NCBI GenBank assembly: GCA_965202665.1
Contig: OZ241841.1
Location: forward strand, 1,996,189-2,060,188
Length of the DNA: 64,000 bases
Source: Candidatus Spongiisociaceae bacterium
GTDB lineage: Bacteria; Actinomycetota; Acidimicrobiia; Spongiisociales; Spongiisociaceae
Reading direction: 5' to 3'
This document shows, in pieces, positions 17,535 through 26,875 of this stretch (position 1 is its first letter; each line of letters begins with the position of its first letter). The translations under genes and the position numbers were made by a program. The notes under the pieces were generated by a model. That model did no database searches and was not told where the DNA came from. It worked only from the letters and a program-made list of their open reading frames with translations.

Positions 17535-19708
17535 GTTGGATAACCAGGTTCGCCAATTTGCTGGCCCAGGCCGGCGGCGCCGAAGGAGTTGAAGGGGGGG
17601 TGGGAATTCGGGACAACAAATTGTTGGACGAGTGGCGCATACCTTTTGGCGACTGGGCCGAACAAGCGGTTTTCTGGATGGACAACAACCTGCAGACCCT
17701 GCTGGATATCGCCAACTGGCCTTTTGAAAGGATGATCAGCTTCCTGGTGCGGGACATTCTCAGCAACGTGTCCTGGGTGTGGGTGGTGCTGGTGATGATG
17801 ATCGTCGCCACCCTGGTGCGCAACATCAAAGTGGGGGTGTTCGTGGGGGTGTCCCTTTTCATATGCGGAATCTTGGGAGACATTTATTGGCTGGAGACGG
17901 CCCGCACTATCGGGTTCGTAGGGGTGGCGGTGGTGTTGTGCGTGATCGTGGGGATACCGATCGGCATCGCCTGCGGCCGGTTTGACGGCATCTGGAAGGT
18001 GGTGCGGCCGGTTTTGGACGCCATGCAGGTTATCCACTCCTTCGTCTATATGTTGCCGTTTATTTTCTTCTGGGGAATCGGCGAGGTGTCGGCCACGATG
18101 GTAACCATGGTGTTCGCCCTCCCTCCGCTAATCCGCCTCACCAATCTGGGAATCCGCCAAGTGCCCGCCGATGTGGTGGAAGCCTCCCGGGCCTACGGGG
18201 CTTCGGAACGGAGGGTGTTGTTCGATGTTCAGATTCCGCTGGCCCGGCCCGCCATTATGACCGGCATCAACCAAACCTTGTTGCTGTCCATTTCCATGTT
18301 GGGAATCGCCGCCATTATGGGGGCGGGGGGTTTGGGGCGCCTGCTGTTCCAAGCCATCAACAACCAGGACGTATCCCAAGCGGCCGCCGCCGGGTTGGCT
18401 TTCTTTTTGGTGGCGGTGGTGCTGGACCGGATGTCCCAGCGGGAGGAAACCGATTCCGCCAACCTGTTCCGCCGCATCCGCCTGGCTTGGGCGCACCGTC
18501 GCGACCCGGAGGTCCTGCTGGAGAATCAAGAGGCCTCCGCAGTGGTCAAGTTCAAGGAAACCCACCGCTACGCTCCGGTGACGGCCGCCGAGCGCCTGCC
18601 GATGGTGCTGGCCGTGGCGGGCGGCGCCTTGGCTTTGTTGTCGGTGTTTCTGCCTTGGACCGCCGATGCGGGCAAGATGAGCGCTTACGGACGATGGGCG
18701 GATCTTTCCACGGAAGGCGAGATGGCGGGGATGGTGTTCAGCGGTTTGCATTCCTCCGGAGGCAGCTGGTTCGGCATTTCCATTCTGTTTTTCAGCATTT
18801 TCGCCATTTTGGCGGTGATCGTAGGCTGGGCCCGTCCGGGGCGCGGTCCCCGCTGGCTGGCGGCGGATGGAGCGGTGATCGCCTCCTTGGGGATTTTGAT
18901 TCTGGCCGTCGCTCATTTGCTGGCCCGGCCCGCCTCCGCGTCCATTCCCAACGCTCTGCATCCCGGTACCGGACTGGGGGTGGTTTTGGCGTTGGCGGGG
19001 GGCTTGGCGGCGGTCGCCGGGTCCATTTGGTGGATGTGGTTAGCCGATCACACCCCGTTGCACCCGCTCCGCTCCGAGGTGGCTTGGGGCAGGTTGATCG
19101 GGGCGGGGGTGGCTATTTTGGTTTTGGTAATAGGAATGTTTTCCGGTTGGAGTTTCGACGAACGGGAACGGGAAATCATCACTCCGGAATTGCAGGCGCA
19201 GATCGATCAACTGATGTGGGAGGCGGAGCAACCGGGGGCCGACTTGGGGGCGATCGCCACTGAGTTGCTGGTGTTGCGGGCGAAGGCCATCCGTTCGGAG
19301 CGATTGGTAACGGACGGGTTGAGCAGCCAAGGACCGGGTTTGGGCCTGTGGGGGCTGATCGTCGGGGCGCTGGGGTTTTTGGCCAGTCTGTTCGCCATCG
19401 GCCTATTCGGTTCCGATGAACGAAGACTCTGGCATTGGAGCACGATTACGGCCGGGTTGGGGATGGGAGCCGCTTTGATCGGATTCGCCTGGGTTTTCAC
19501 CCATGTCCGGTCGGCCGACCCCAACTATCTGACCGGAATCGGGGCCTTTTTAACCATGGCCGGCGGAATGTTCCTGGTGGCTTCCAACATGTCGGTGCTG
19601 AAAGAGTTCCGACGAGCCAAGGTGTACGACGATCCTCAAGTTGAATCAGGGCCGGACGGCCAAGCGGCGGAGCAGACCGCAGAGGAGCGGGCGGAGGCCC
19701 TGGTTTGA
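17531..19708 (+). CDS. proW: glycine betaine ABC permease (ProW/OpuAB-like, about residues 1-300) fused to a ~400-aa C-terminal domain with ~8 predicted TM helices
   Basis: The N-terminal part has the BPD permease EAA region (EASRAYGASERRVLFDVQIPLARPAIMTGINQ). The remainder is hydrophobic helices plus one ~60-aa charged helical loop and an acidic tail. There is an ATGA overlap with proV. Confidence 0.85.
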   Translation: MSWITRFANLLAQAGGAEGVEGGVGIRDNKLLDEWRIPFGDWAEQAVFWMDNNLQTLLDIANWPFERMISFLVRDILSNVSWVWVVLVMMIVATLVRNIKVGVFVGVSLFICGILGDIYWLETARTIGFVGVAVVLCVIVGIPIGIACGRFDGIWKVVRPVLDAMQVIHSFVYMLPFIFFWGIGEVSATMVTMVFALPPLIRLTNLGIRQVPADVVEASRAYGASERRVLFDVQIPLARPAIMTGINQTLLLSISMLGIAAIMGAGGLGRLLFQAINNQDVSQAAAAGLAFFLVAVVLDRMSQREETDSANLFRRIRLAWAHRRDPEVLLENQEASAVVKFKETHRYAPVTAAERLPMVLAVAGGALALLSVFLPWTADAGKMSAYGRWADLSTEGEMAGMVFSGLHSSGGSWFGISILFFSIFAILAVIVGWARPGRGPRWLAADGAVIASLGILILAVAHLLARPASASIPNALHPGTGLGVVLALAGGLAAVAGSIWWMWLADHTPLHPLRSEVAWGRLIGAGVAILVLVIGMFSGWSFDEREREIITPELQAQIDQLMWEAEQPGADLGAIATELLVLRAKAIRSERLVTDGLSSQGPGLGLWGLIVGALGFLASLFAIGLFGSDERRLWHWSTITAGLGMGAALIGFAWVFTHVRSADPNYLTGIGAFLTMAGGMFLVASNMSVLKEFRRAKVYDDPQVESGPDGQAAEQTAEERAEALV

Positions 19709-21258
19709 TCCCCCCGCCCCGCCGGGCTGAGCTACCGGGCGGCGAGCGGGACCGGGTTGCAGTTCGGCTGGAGGGCATTTCCAAACGGTTTCCGGGCGTG
19801 GTGGCTAACGACGACATCAACTTGGAGGTGGAAAAGGGGGAAATTCACGCCATCTGCGGGGAGAACGGGGCGGGTAAGTCCACGCTGATGAAAATCCTCT
19901 ACGGAATGCAACAACCGGACGAAGGCCGTATTGAGATTATGGGGGAGGAGCGGCGATTTTCCTCCCCCAAGGACGCCATCGGTTTGGGGATTGGGATGGT
20001 GCATCAGCATTTTATGCTGGCCGACAACCTGACCGTGTTGGAAAACGTAATTCTGGGAGCGGAGCCGGTGATCGCCGAGGTGATTAATTTCGCCGACGCC
20101 CGGGCCCGGTTGAGCGAGTTGGGGGAGGCGTACGGGCTGAAAGTGGGATTGGACGACCGGGTGGACACGTTGGAGGTGGGGGAGCGGCAACGAATAGAAA
20201 TCATCAAAATCTTGTACCGGGGGGCCCAGATTCTGATTCTGGATGAGCCGACCGCGGTGCTGGTCCCCCAAGAAGTGGAGGAGTTGTTCCGCAATATGCG
20301 GGAGTTGAAAGCCCAGGGACACACCTTGATTTTCATCGACCACAAACTGGACGAGGTGTTGGAAATCGCCGACACCATCAGCGTGTTGCGGGGCGGCCGG
20401 TCGGTGGCGACCGTCAAACCGGAGGAGGTGACCGCCGGGGACTTGGCGGAGCTGATGGTCGGTTCGGAACTGCCCAAGCCCGCCACCACTTCCACCACCG
20501 TAACCGACCGGGCGGTAGTGGAAGCCTCCGATGTTTCGGCGGTGGACGAGGAGGGCGTGGAACGTTTGAAAGGGGTCAGTTTCACGGTGCACGCCGGGGA
20601 GATTGTGGGGGTGGCCGGCGTGGAGGGCAACGGCCAGGCGGAACTGATAGAGGTCCTCCTGGGGATAACTCCGGCCGCCGCCGGCCGGATTTTCCTGCAC
20701 GGCGAGGACGTAACCGAGCTGTCGGTGCGCAAGCGCCGGGAGGCGGGACTGGGGTACATAGCCGAGGACCGCCAACGGAGGGGGCTTCTGCTCACTTCCC
20801 CGGTGTGGGAGAACGCCATTTTGGGTCATCAGACCCGTCCCGAGTTCGTGCGCTCCCGGGTGTGGATCAACGAACGGTCCGCCCGTCGCCATTCCGCCGG
20901 AATGGTGGACCGGTTCGATGTGCGCACCCCGGGGGTGGACACCCCCATTCACGCCCTGTCCGGCGGCAACCAGCAGAAACTGGTGGTGGGGCGGGAAATG
21001 TCGGTGGACTGCAATCCGTTGATAGCCGCCCATCCCACCCGGGGGATAGACGTGGGTTCGCAGGCCGCCATCTGGGAGGATTTGCGGGCCGCCCGGCGGG
21101 GCGGGCAAGCGGTTTTGCTGGTCTCCGCCGACCTGGAGGAGTTGATCGGATTGAGCGACTCCCTGCTGGTGATGCTTAGGGGGGAGATAGCGGCCCGCCT
21201 GGATCCTTCCCGGATCACCCCCCGCCAGTTGGGGGCCTATATGACGGGGGCGGCGTGA
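19705..21258 (+). CDS. ABC transporter ATP-binding protein, duplicated ATPase (BMP/nucleoside or sugar type)
   Basis: Two ABC cassettes (GENGAGKST ... LSGGNQQK). The TTG start overlaps the upstream stop (TTGA). The exact start is uncertain. Confidence 0.85.
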   Translation: MIPPPRRAELPGGERDRVAVRLEGISKRFPGVVANDDINLEVEKGEIHAICGENGAGKSTLMKILYGMQQPDEGRIEIMGEERRFSSPKDAIGLGIGMVHQHFMLADNLTVLENVILGAEPVIAEVINFADARARLSELGEAYGLKVGLDDRVDTLEVGERQRIEIIKILYRGAQILILDEPTAVLVPQEVEELFRNMRELKAQGHTLIFIDHKLDEVLEIADTISVLRGGRSVATVKPEEVTAGDLAELMVGSELPKPATTSTTVTDRAVVEASDVSAVDEEGVERLKGVSFTVHAGEIVGVAGVEGNGQAELIEVLLGITPAAAGRIFLHGEDVTELSVRKRREAGLGYIAEDRQRRGLLLTSPVWENAILGHQTRPEFVRSRVWINERSARRHSAGMVDRFDVRTPGVDTPIHALSGGNQQKLVVGREMSVDCNPLIAAHPTRGIDVGSQAAIWEDLRAARRGGQAVLLVSADLEELIGLSDSLLVMLRGEIAARLDPSRITPRQLGAYMTGAA

Positions 21259-22397
21259 GAGCGGCGGTCCGCATCGTGGGTCCGCCGGTGGCGGCCCTGC
21301 TGTTGGCGGCGGCGGTGGCCGGGTTGATACTCTTGATCTCCGGGGCCAATCCGCTGGTGGCCTTCGGCAACGTGTGGGAGTACGGTTCCCGGTTGGAAAC
21401 CCTGCTGGAATCTTTGAACCGGGCCACTCCGCTCTACATTTCCGGGATCGCCTTCGCCATCGCCATGCGGATGAACCTGTTTCAAATCGGGGTGGAAGGG
21501 CAGTACATTCTGGCCGCCTTCATGGCCGCTTACGTGGGGGCGGCGGTGGGGCCCCTGTTCCCCCCCCTGCACATCGCCATTATCCTGCTCACCGCCATGG
21601 CGGTGGGGGCGGCCTGGGCGGGTTTGGCCGGGTTGATGAAAATCACCCGCAACGTGCACGAGGTCATCTCCACCATAATGCTCAACGCCATCGCCGTGGC
21701 GGGGGTGGTCTCCTTTCTGCTGGGCCGGTGGGCCATCCCGTTGGAGTCGCTGGACACCCGCTTGGCCGACATTCCCGAAACCGGATGGTTTCCCAGCCTC
21801 AACCCGGTGGTGGAATGGTTCACCCGCGACATCAGACGGGTGGATCTGACCTCTTTCATCTTGGTGGCGGCGGCGGTGGGGGTGGTTTACCACTTGCTGG
21901 TCAACCGCACCCGGCTGGGTTACGACCTGCGGGCCACCGGGGTCAATCCGTGGGCGGCGGAGGCCAGCGGGGTGCCTCCCAAGCGGACCATCATGCTGGC
22001 CATGTTGCTGAGCGGGGCGGTGGCGGGCTTGGTGGGGATGGCCGACCTGTTGGGCGACCAGTATTTCTACAGCCTGCGCTTCCCGCAAGGTTTGGGTTTC
22101 ACCGGCATCGCGGTGGCGTTGGTGGGGCGCAACCACGCGGTGGGGGCGGCCTTTGCCGCCGTCGCCTTCGGCTGGCTGGAGCGGGCCTCCGGGGTGTTGG
22201 AAGTTCGGGGCGACGCTCCGCGGGAGGTGGTCACCATTATGGTGGGGGTGGTGATCCTGTTCGCGGTGATCGCCTACGCCTTGGCCCAGCGCCGGCGCCG
22301 AATTGAAGCGGCGGCCGCGGCCGCCGACCAGATGAAGGAACGGGCCGTCGTCCGGGTCGGGGGATCGGGGGACGACGGGCGGGAGGCTGACATATGA
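21255..22397 (+). CDS. ABC transporter permease (BMP-family system, YufP-like)
   Basis: A 380-aa polytopic protein with a GTGA overlap to the ATPase gene. Confidence 0.8.
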   Translation: MRAAVRIVGPPVAALLLAAAVAGLILLISGANPLVAFGNVWEYGSRLETLLESLNRATPLYISGIAFAIAMRMNLFQIGVEGQYILAAFMAAYVGAAVGPLFPPLHIAIILLTAMAVGAAWAGLAGLMKITRNVHEVISTIMLNAIAVAGVVSFLLGRWAIPLESLDTRLADIPETGWFPSLNPVVEWFTRDIRRVDLTSFILVAAAVGVVYHLLVNRTRLGYDLRATGVNPWAAEASGVPPKRTIMLAMLLSGAVAGLVGMADLLGDQYFYSLRFPQGLGFTGIAVALVGRNHAVGAAFAAVAFGWLERASGVLEVRGDAPREVVTIMVGVVILFAVIAYALAQRRRRIEAAAAAADQMKERAVVRVGGSGDDGREADI

Positions 22398-23671
22398 GCA
22401 TGACCGAAGAGCGGCCGCTCAGCCTTTCCCAGCCGGGGATGCTGCCCCGTTACCGGTGGATACTGTACGGGTTGAGCGGGATTATGTTGCTGGCGGTGAC
22501 CCAGCAGTTCGCCGCCCTGCCCACTGAAGATCTGACCTCCAGCGGCACCTGGTCCATCGCTTTGGCTTGGTCGGTGCCCATTTTGCTGGCCGGCCTGGGC
22601 GGCATGTTCTCCGAACGGGCCGGGATCGTCAACATCGGACTGGAGGGGATGTTGATTCTCGGCACCTGGTTCGGGGCTTACGGAACGGTGGTGGCCGGGC
22701 CGTGGGCGGGGATGCTGATGGCGGGTATCGCCGGGGCGGTGGGCGGACTGATCATGGCCGCGGCCGCGGTCGGATTCAACGTGGATCATATTATCGCCGG
22801 GGTGGCCATCAACCTGATGGCCCCCGGTTTGACCCGCTTCCTGTCCGATGTGCATTTCTCCGACCGGGGCGGCTCCATTACCCAGTCGCCGGTCATCTCC
22901 GGGGTGAGCGATTTCACCTTGCCCATCCTGGCGGGCGGAACCATCCTCGGATGGCGGAGCCCGGACCTGTTGGGGGCGATCGAGCGGTCGGGCTGGTTTT
23001 TCATCTCCGACTTTGCTGGCGTCCTGCGCGGGTTTGTTTTTCAGATGTCCTGGTTCACCCTGCTGGTCTACCTGTTCGTGCCCTTCTCCATTTTCCTGTT
23101 ATGGCGCACCAAGTTCGGCCTGCGGTTGCGCAGTTGCGGCGAGCATCCGCAGGCGGCCGATTCCCTGGGGGTCAACGTTTACAAGTACAAGTACTACGGG
23201 GTGGTGATCAGCGGGGCCCTGGCCGGGGCGGGGGGCGGCTTTCTGGCCATTCAGCTGTCCGGCGTCTACAAGGAGGGGCAGACGCAGGGCAAAGGGTTCA
23301 TCGGTTTGGCCACCATGATTTTCGGCAACTGGAACCCGTTGGGCACTGCCCGGGGGGCCATCCTGTTCGGGTTCACGGAGACCCTGCGCTTGCGGGATCC
23401 CAACGCGGCCCACGGGCTGTTGTTGCTGGTGGTGATCTCGGTGGGTCTTTTAATCCTGTGGCGCATCCTCCGCAAACGGGGCGTGGGAACCTGGCAGTTG
23501 GCGATTGTGGCCATCGCCGTCGGATACTGGTATTTCAACTCCACCGGGGTGCCCAACCAGTTGCCGGCCATCACCCCCCACATCGTGGTGCTGGTGGTTC
23601 TCCTGTTCGCCACCTCCCGATTGCGTCCGCCCGCCTCCGCCGGCCTGCCCTACCGCAAGGGCGAAGATTAG
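22394..23671 (+). CDS. ABC transporter permease (BMP-family system, YufQ-like)
   Basis: A 425-aa polytopic protein with an ATGA overlap to the upstream permease gene. Confidence 0.8.
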   Translation: MSMTEERPLSLSQPGMLPRYRWILYGLSGIMLLAVTQQFAALPTEDLTSSGTWSIALAWSVPILLAGLGGMFSERAGIVNIGLEGMLILGTWFGAYGTVVAGPWAGMLMAGIAGAVGGLIMAAAAVGFNVDHIIAGVAINLMAPGLTRFLSDVHFSDRGGSITQSPVISGVSDFTLPILAGGTILGWRSPDLLGAIERSGWFFISDFAGVLRGFVFQMSWFTLLVYLFVPFSIFLLWRTKFGLRLRSCGEHPQAADSLGVNVYKYKYYGVVISGALAGAGGGFLAIQLSGVYKEGQTQGKGFIGLATMIFGNWNPLGTARGAILFGFTETLRLRDPNAAHGLLLLVVISVGLLILWRILRKRGVGTWQLAIVAIAVGYWYFNSTGVPNQLPAITPHIVVLVVLLFATSRLRPPASAGLPYRKGED

Positions 23672-23691
23672 CTGTTCCGCGAGGTCCCGGC

Positions 23692-24531
23692 ATGGTTGAG
23701 ATCATCCCCCACATCGACGATATCGGGGTCACGTTGGGGTCGGTGCGGGCCATGGAGGAGCTGGCCGGCCGGGGGTTTGTCACTTCCGGTTCGGTTATGG
23801 CCCCCTGTCCCTGGTTGGCGGAGGCGGCCGCCCTGTCCGCCCGCCGCCCGGAGCTGGATCTGGGTCTGCATCTCACGCTCACCTCCGAGTCGGCGCGTAT
23901 GCGCTGGCGGCCCCTTTCCACCCGCTCCCCCGCCTCCGGGTTGATCGACGGGGACGGGTTCATGTGGCCCACGGTTCCGCAGTTGCGGGCCAACGCCCAT
24001 CCGGGGGCGGTGGAGGAGGAACTGGAAGCCCAGATTGAGGCGGCCCGCCGGGCGGGGATGGAGCCCACCCATCTGGATCATCATATGGGAGCGGCTTTCG
24101 CTCCCGAGTTCGCCGCTCTGACCGTGCGCATCGCCCGTCGCCGCCGGTTGCCGGTTTTGATACCGGCCGACCCGGCCGCCTACGCGGGGGTTCTGGAGTG
24201 GGGGGAGGCCGATATGCGGGTTCTGGAGGAGGTGCGGGACCGGGAGCAAGCCGCCGGCGCGGTGTTGGCGGACCGGTTTTTGATGGGTCTGGCCTTCCAA
24301 GACGAGGAGCCCGACGCGGTTTATCGGCGTTTTTTGGCTGAAGCGGAGGGTTTGACTTTTCTGTCGTTGCACTGCGACTCCCCCGGCGAGGTTACGGCCG
24401 TCCACCCCAACGACGCCGGCTGGCGCATCGCCGAATACGAGTGGGTCAAAGCGGGGGCCGCCCCTCTGCCCGACGGAGTCCGCCTGACGGACTTCCGGTC
24501 GCTGTCCGCCCGCTGGCGTTGGCCTGCCTAA
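23692..24531 (+). CDS. ChbG/HpnK (YdjC) family carbohydrate deacetylase
   Basis: The ATG is at 23692. MVEIIPHIDDIGVT...LGLHLTLTSE...THLDHHMG matches the YdjC family. Only the last 279 codons of track ORF 22567..24531 are coding. Confidence 0.8.
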   Translation: MVEIIPHIDDIGVTLGSVRAMEELAGRGFVTSGSVMAPCPWLAEAAALSARRPELDLGLHLTLTSESARMRWRPLSTRSPASGLIDGDGFMWPTVPQLRANAHPGAVEEELEAQIEAARRAGMEPTHLDHHMGAAFAPEFAALTVRIARRRRLPVLIPADPAAYAGVLEWGEADMRVLEEVRDREQAAGAVLADRFLMGLAFQDEEPDAVYRRFLAEAEGLTFLSLHCDSPGEVTAVHPNDAGWRIAEYEWVKAGAAPLPDGVRLTDFRSLSARWRWPA

Positions 24532-24570
24532 AGGTTCCGAGAACAATGCAAACCCGCCCGAAATTTCGGA

Positions 24571-24785
24571 GTTTGACAGAGTTTATGCGTTTCGCATAAG
24601 GTTGATAAGGTGGGGTTAGGTTTGTATAACTCTCCATCAGCGAGGAAGTTTGACAGAGTTTATGCGTTTCGCATAAGGTTGATAAGGTGGGGTTAGGTTT
24701 GTATAACTCTCCATCAGCGAGGAAGTTTGACAGAGTTTATGCGTTTCGCATAAGGTTGATAAAGTATAGTAAGGTCTGAATAACT
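24571..24785 (+). repeat. 77-bp tandem direct repeat, 2 identical copies plus a third diverging after ~38 nt
   Basis: Copies start at 24571, 24648 and 24725. Each contains the palindrome TTATGCG-TTT-CGCATAA (24583, 24660, 24737). Each also has the promoter-like pairs TTGACA-N18-TAAGGT and TTGATA-N17-TATAAC. Confidence 0.9.
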
Positions 24786-25970
24786 ATGGACGTAAACGAA
24801 AATCCGTATCGCCCCGGAGCCGGTACCAGGCCTCCGGTGCTGAGAGGACGCGATGATCTATTCGCCCGCTTCGAGGGCATAGTAGAACATGCACTCCGCG
24901 GGCGGCCCGGTAAAAGCTTGGTGTTGCTGGGCTTGCGCGGCGTCGGCAAGACCGTGTTGTTGAACCAGTTCGTCAGTCTCGCCGAGCAGAAGGGTTACAG
25001 CACGGGACATATGGAGGCCGATGAATCCCAGGACCTGCGTTTGTTGATGGCCATGCGCCTGCGTCGGATTCTGCTGGCCTTGCAAAGACGACGCCCGTCG
25101 CAAAAAATTATGCGGGCGTTGCGGATACTGAAAGCCTTCAGCTACCAGTTGCCGGATGGTTCCCTTGTCACTTTGGATGTGGAGGCGTTGCGGGGTTACG
25201 CCGATTCCGGCGTTATCGGCGATGACCTAACGGATTTGCTGGTCGCCGTAGGGGAGGCGGCCGCAGGCCAGGAGCGAGGCGTGCTGTTGGCGGTAGATGA
25301 AATTCAGTATTTGGCGAAAGAGGAGTTGGGAGGGTTGATTGCCGCTATTCACCGTACCACCCAACTGGATCTTCCGGTGGTGCTGGTGGGAGCCGGCCTG
25401 CCCCAGTTGCCCAAATTGGCGGGTGAGGCTAAATCTTACTCGGAACGGTTGTTTGAATTTCCCTTTGTCAACTCTTTGTCGGAGGAAGACGCCGCGGCCG
25501 CCATCGCCCTGCCGGCGGCGCCGTTGGGAGTGGAGTTTGCGGACGCCGCCTTGGAAGCCATCTTCGCCAACTCAAAAGGCTATCCGTATTTTCTGCAGGG
25601 TTGGGGTTATTACGTATGGAATGAGGCCGGCGTCTCTCCGGTTGGTCCGGAGGCGGTGCGGGCCGCGGCCGAGTTGGTCGTCAAGCATCTGGATCGCGAT
25701 TTCTATGCGATGCGCTTTGATCGCTTGACTCTCAAAGAAAAAACATATTTACGGACTATGGCCGAATTCAAATCCAGCAAGATACGCTCCGGGGATATCG
25801 CCGCCCGCCTCGGGGTTCCGGTGGAGAACGCCGCTCCCCGGCGCAGCGCCTTGATCCGGAAGGGCATGATTTACAGTCCCGGGTACGGCGAGACGGCTTT
25901 CACCGTCCCCATGTTTGACGATTTTTTGCGGCGGCAGATGCCGGATTTTCAGGCGGCGACGGGCGATTGA
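24786..25970 (+). CDS. orphan AAA-type ATPase with C-terminal winged-helix domain (AAA_16/Arch_ATPase-like, Orc1/Cdc6-like architecture)
   Basis: NPYRPGAGTRPPVLRGRD...LLGLRGVGKTVLL is the Walker A region and LLAVDEIQYL is Walker B. The C-terminal LTLKEKTYLRTMAEF..SGDIAARLGV...RSALIRKGMIYSP is wHTH-like. A/T-ending codons are more frequent than in neighbouring genes. Confidence 0.75.
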   Translation: MDVNENPYRPGAGTRPPVLRGRDDLFARFEGIVEHALRGRPGKSLVLLGLRGVGKTVLLNQFVSLAEQKGYSTGHMEADESQDLRLLMAMRLRRILLALQRRRPSQKIMRALRILKAFSYQLPDGSLVTLDVEALRGYADSGVIGDDLTDLLVAVGEAAAGQERGVLLAVDEIQYLAKEELGGLIAAIHRTTQLDLPVVLVGAGLPQLPKLAGEAKSYSERLFEFPFVNSLSEEDAAAAIALPAAPLGVEFADAALEAIFANSKGYPYFLQGWGYYVWNEAGVSPVGPEAVRAAAELVVKHLDRDFYAMRFDRLTLKEKTYLRTMAEFKSSKIRSGDIAARLGVPVENAAPRRSALIRKGMIYSPGYGETAFTVPMFDDFLRRQMPDFQAATGD

Positions 25971-25983
25971 CGGCTGGTTGGAT

Positions 25984-26012
25984 TTGGCGGCCGGCCGGGT
26001 ATGGCGTATAAT
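25984..26012 (+). promoter_or_regulatory. putative rplJL promoter
   Basis: TTGGCG, a 17-nt spacer, then TATAAT (26007..26012). A ~145-nt GC-rich structured leader follows, possibly an L10-leader-type autoregulatory RNA (not verified). Confidence 0.45.
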
Positions 26013-26160
26013 GCTTCCCTTGCGTCCGCTTGCGGGCGGGCGCGCGACCGTAGACAGCCGGCGCCGTAAAGCGTAAGCGGCCCGTTCGGGTCCGCCTGCC
26101 GAGGTCCTTCCCGGTCTCCGGGCGGCTGTCGCGGGTGGAGCAGAGCCAAGGAGAGACCAA

Positions 26161-26859
26161 ATGCCCCGACCGGACAAGGTCCAGGCAGTCGAAGATATCA
26201 AGCAACGGTTCCAGAATGCCTCAGCCGCTTTCCTGACTGAATATCGCGGGTTGCCGGTGGCCCGCCAGCAGGAACTGCGCGGGGCCCTGCACGACGCCGG
26301 GGCCGGATACAAGGTGCTGAAAATGTCCCTTACCCGCCGGGCGTTGGACGAGCTGGGGATGGAGGGGCTAGATGAATGGCTGACCGGCCCCACCGCCATC
26401 GCGTTCACCGGCGATGATCCCGTTCCGGCCGCCCGCGCCCTAGCCGACTTCGCCAAGGCGAACGACGCCTTTTTAATTAAGGGGGGATGGTTCAACGGGG
26501 AGGCCATCCCGTCGGAAGTGGTTTCCCGGCTGGCCAACATCGACTCCCGCGAGGCGCTGTTGGCCAAAACGGCGGGCGCTTTTAAAGGGCCCCTCAACAA
26601 GATGGCGGCGGTTATGGGTTCTTTCACCCGAGAGGCCGCCTCCCTGTTCTCCGCCCTGTTGGAACGCAAAGAGGAGATACCGTCGGAGGCCGCCCCCGTC
26701 GCCGGCGGCTCCGAAGAGCCGGCTCCGCCGGCCCAGGATGCCGCCCCGGCCCCCGATGTTGATTCCGAGTCCGTTCCTACCGCCGCGGCCGGAGAAGACG
26801 ACGAAGCGGACGGGGCGGAGGGCGCCGACCCCGATCAGATCACCCAAGACAATCAATAA
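26161..26859 (+). CDS. rplJ: 50S ribosomal protein L10 with ~55-aa acidic Pro/Ala-rich C-terminal tail
   Basis: [17 protein letters not shown]...FLTEYRGL is canonical L10. AAGGAGAG lies upstream. Confidence 0.95.
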   Translation: MPRPDKVQAVEDIKQRFQNASAAFLTEYRGLPVARQQELRGALHDAGAGYKVLKMSLTRRALDELGMEGLDEWLTGPTAIAFTGDDPVPAARALADFAKANDAFLIKGGWFNGEAIPSEVVSRLANIDSREALLAKTAGAFKGPLNKMAAVMGSFTREAASLFSALLERKEEIPSEAAPVAGGSEEPAPPAQDAAPAPDVDSESVPTAAAGEDDEADGAEGADPDQITQDNQ

Positions 26860-26875
26860 CGCGAAAGGACAAGCA

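Noticed and set aside
22567-24531. A 654-aa ORF spanning the second permease gene and the YdjC gene. Oversized track ORFs also occur at 1975..3549 and 14346..16445.
   Set aside because: Only the 3' portions match real protein families and have SD-supported internal starts (23692, 2712, 16112). The 5' portions are out-of-frame or antisense read-through.
24540-24570. The 8-bp palindrome CGAAATTTC appears both here (CCCGAAATTTCGG) and upstream of fhs (16143..16154).
   Set aside because: It is too short, and two occurrences are too few, to argue for a shared operator without genome-wide statistics.
24571-24785. A CRISPR array.
   Set aside because: The 77-bp units are contiguous with no unique spacers. 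Only about 2.8 copies are present, the unit is AT-rich and there are no cas genes. It is a tandem direct repeat.
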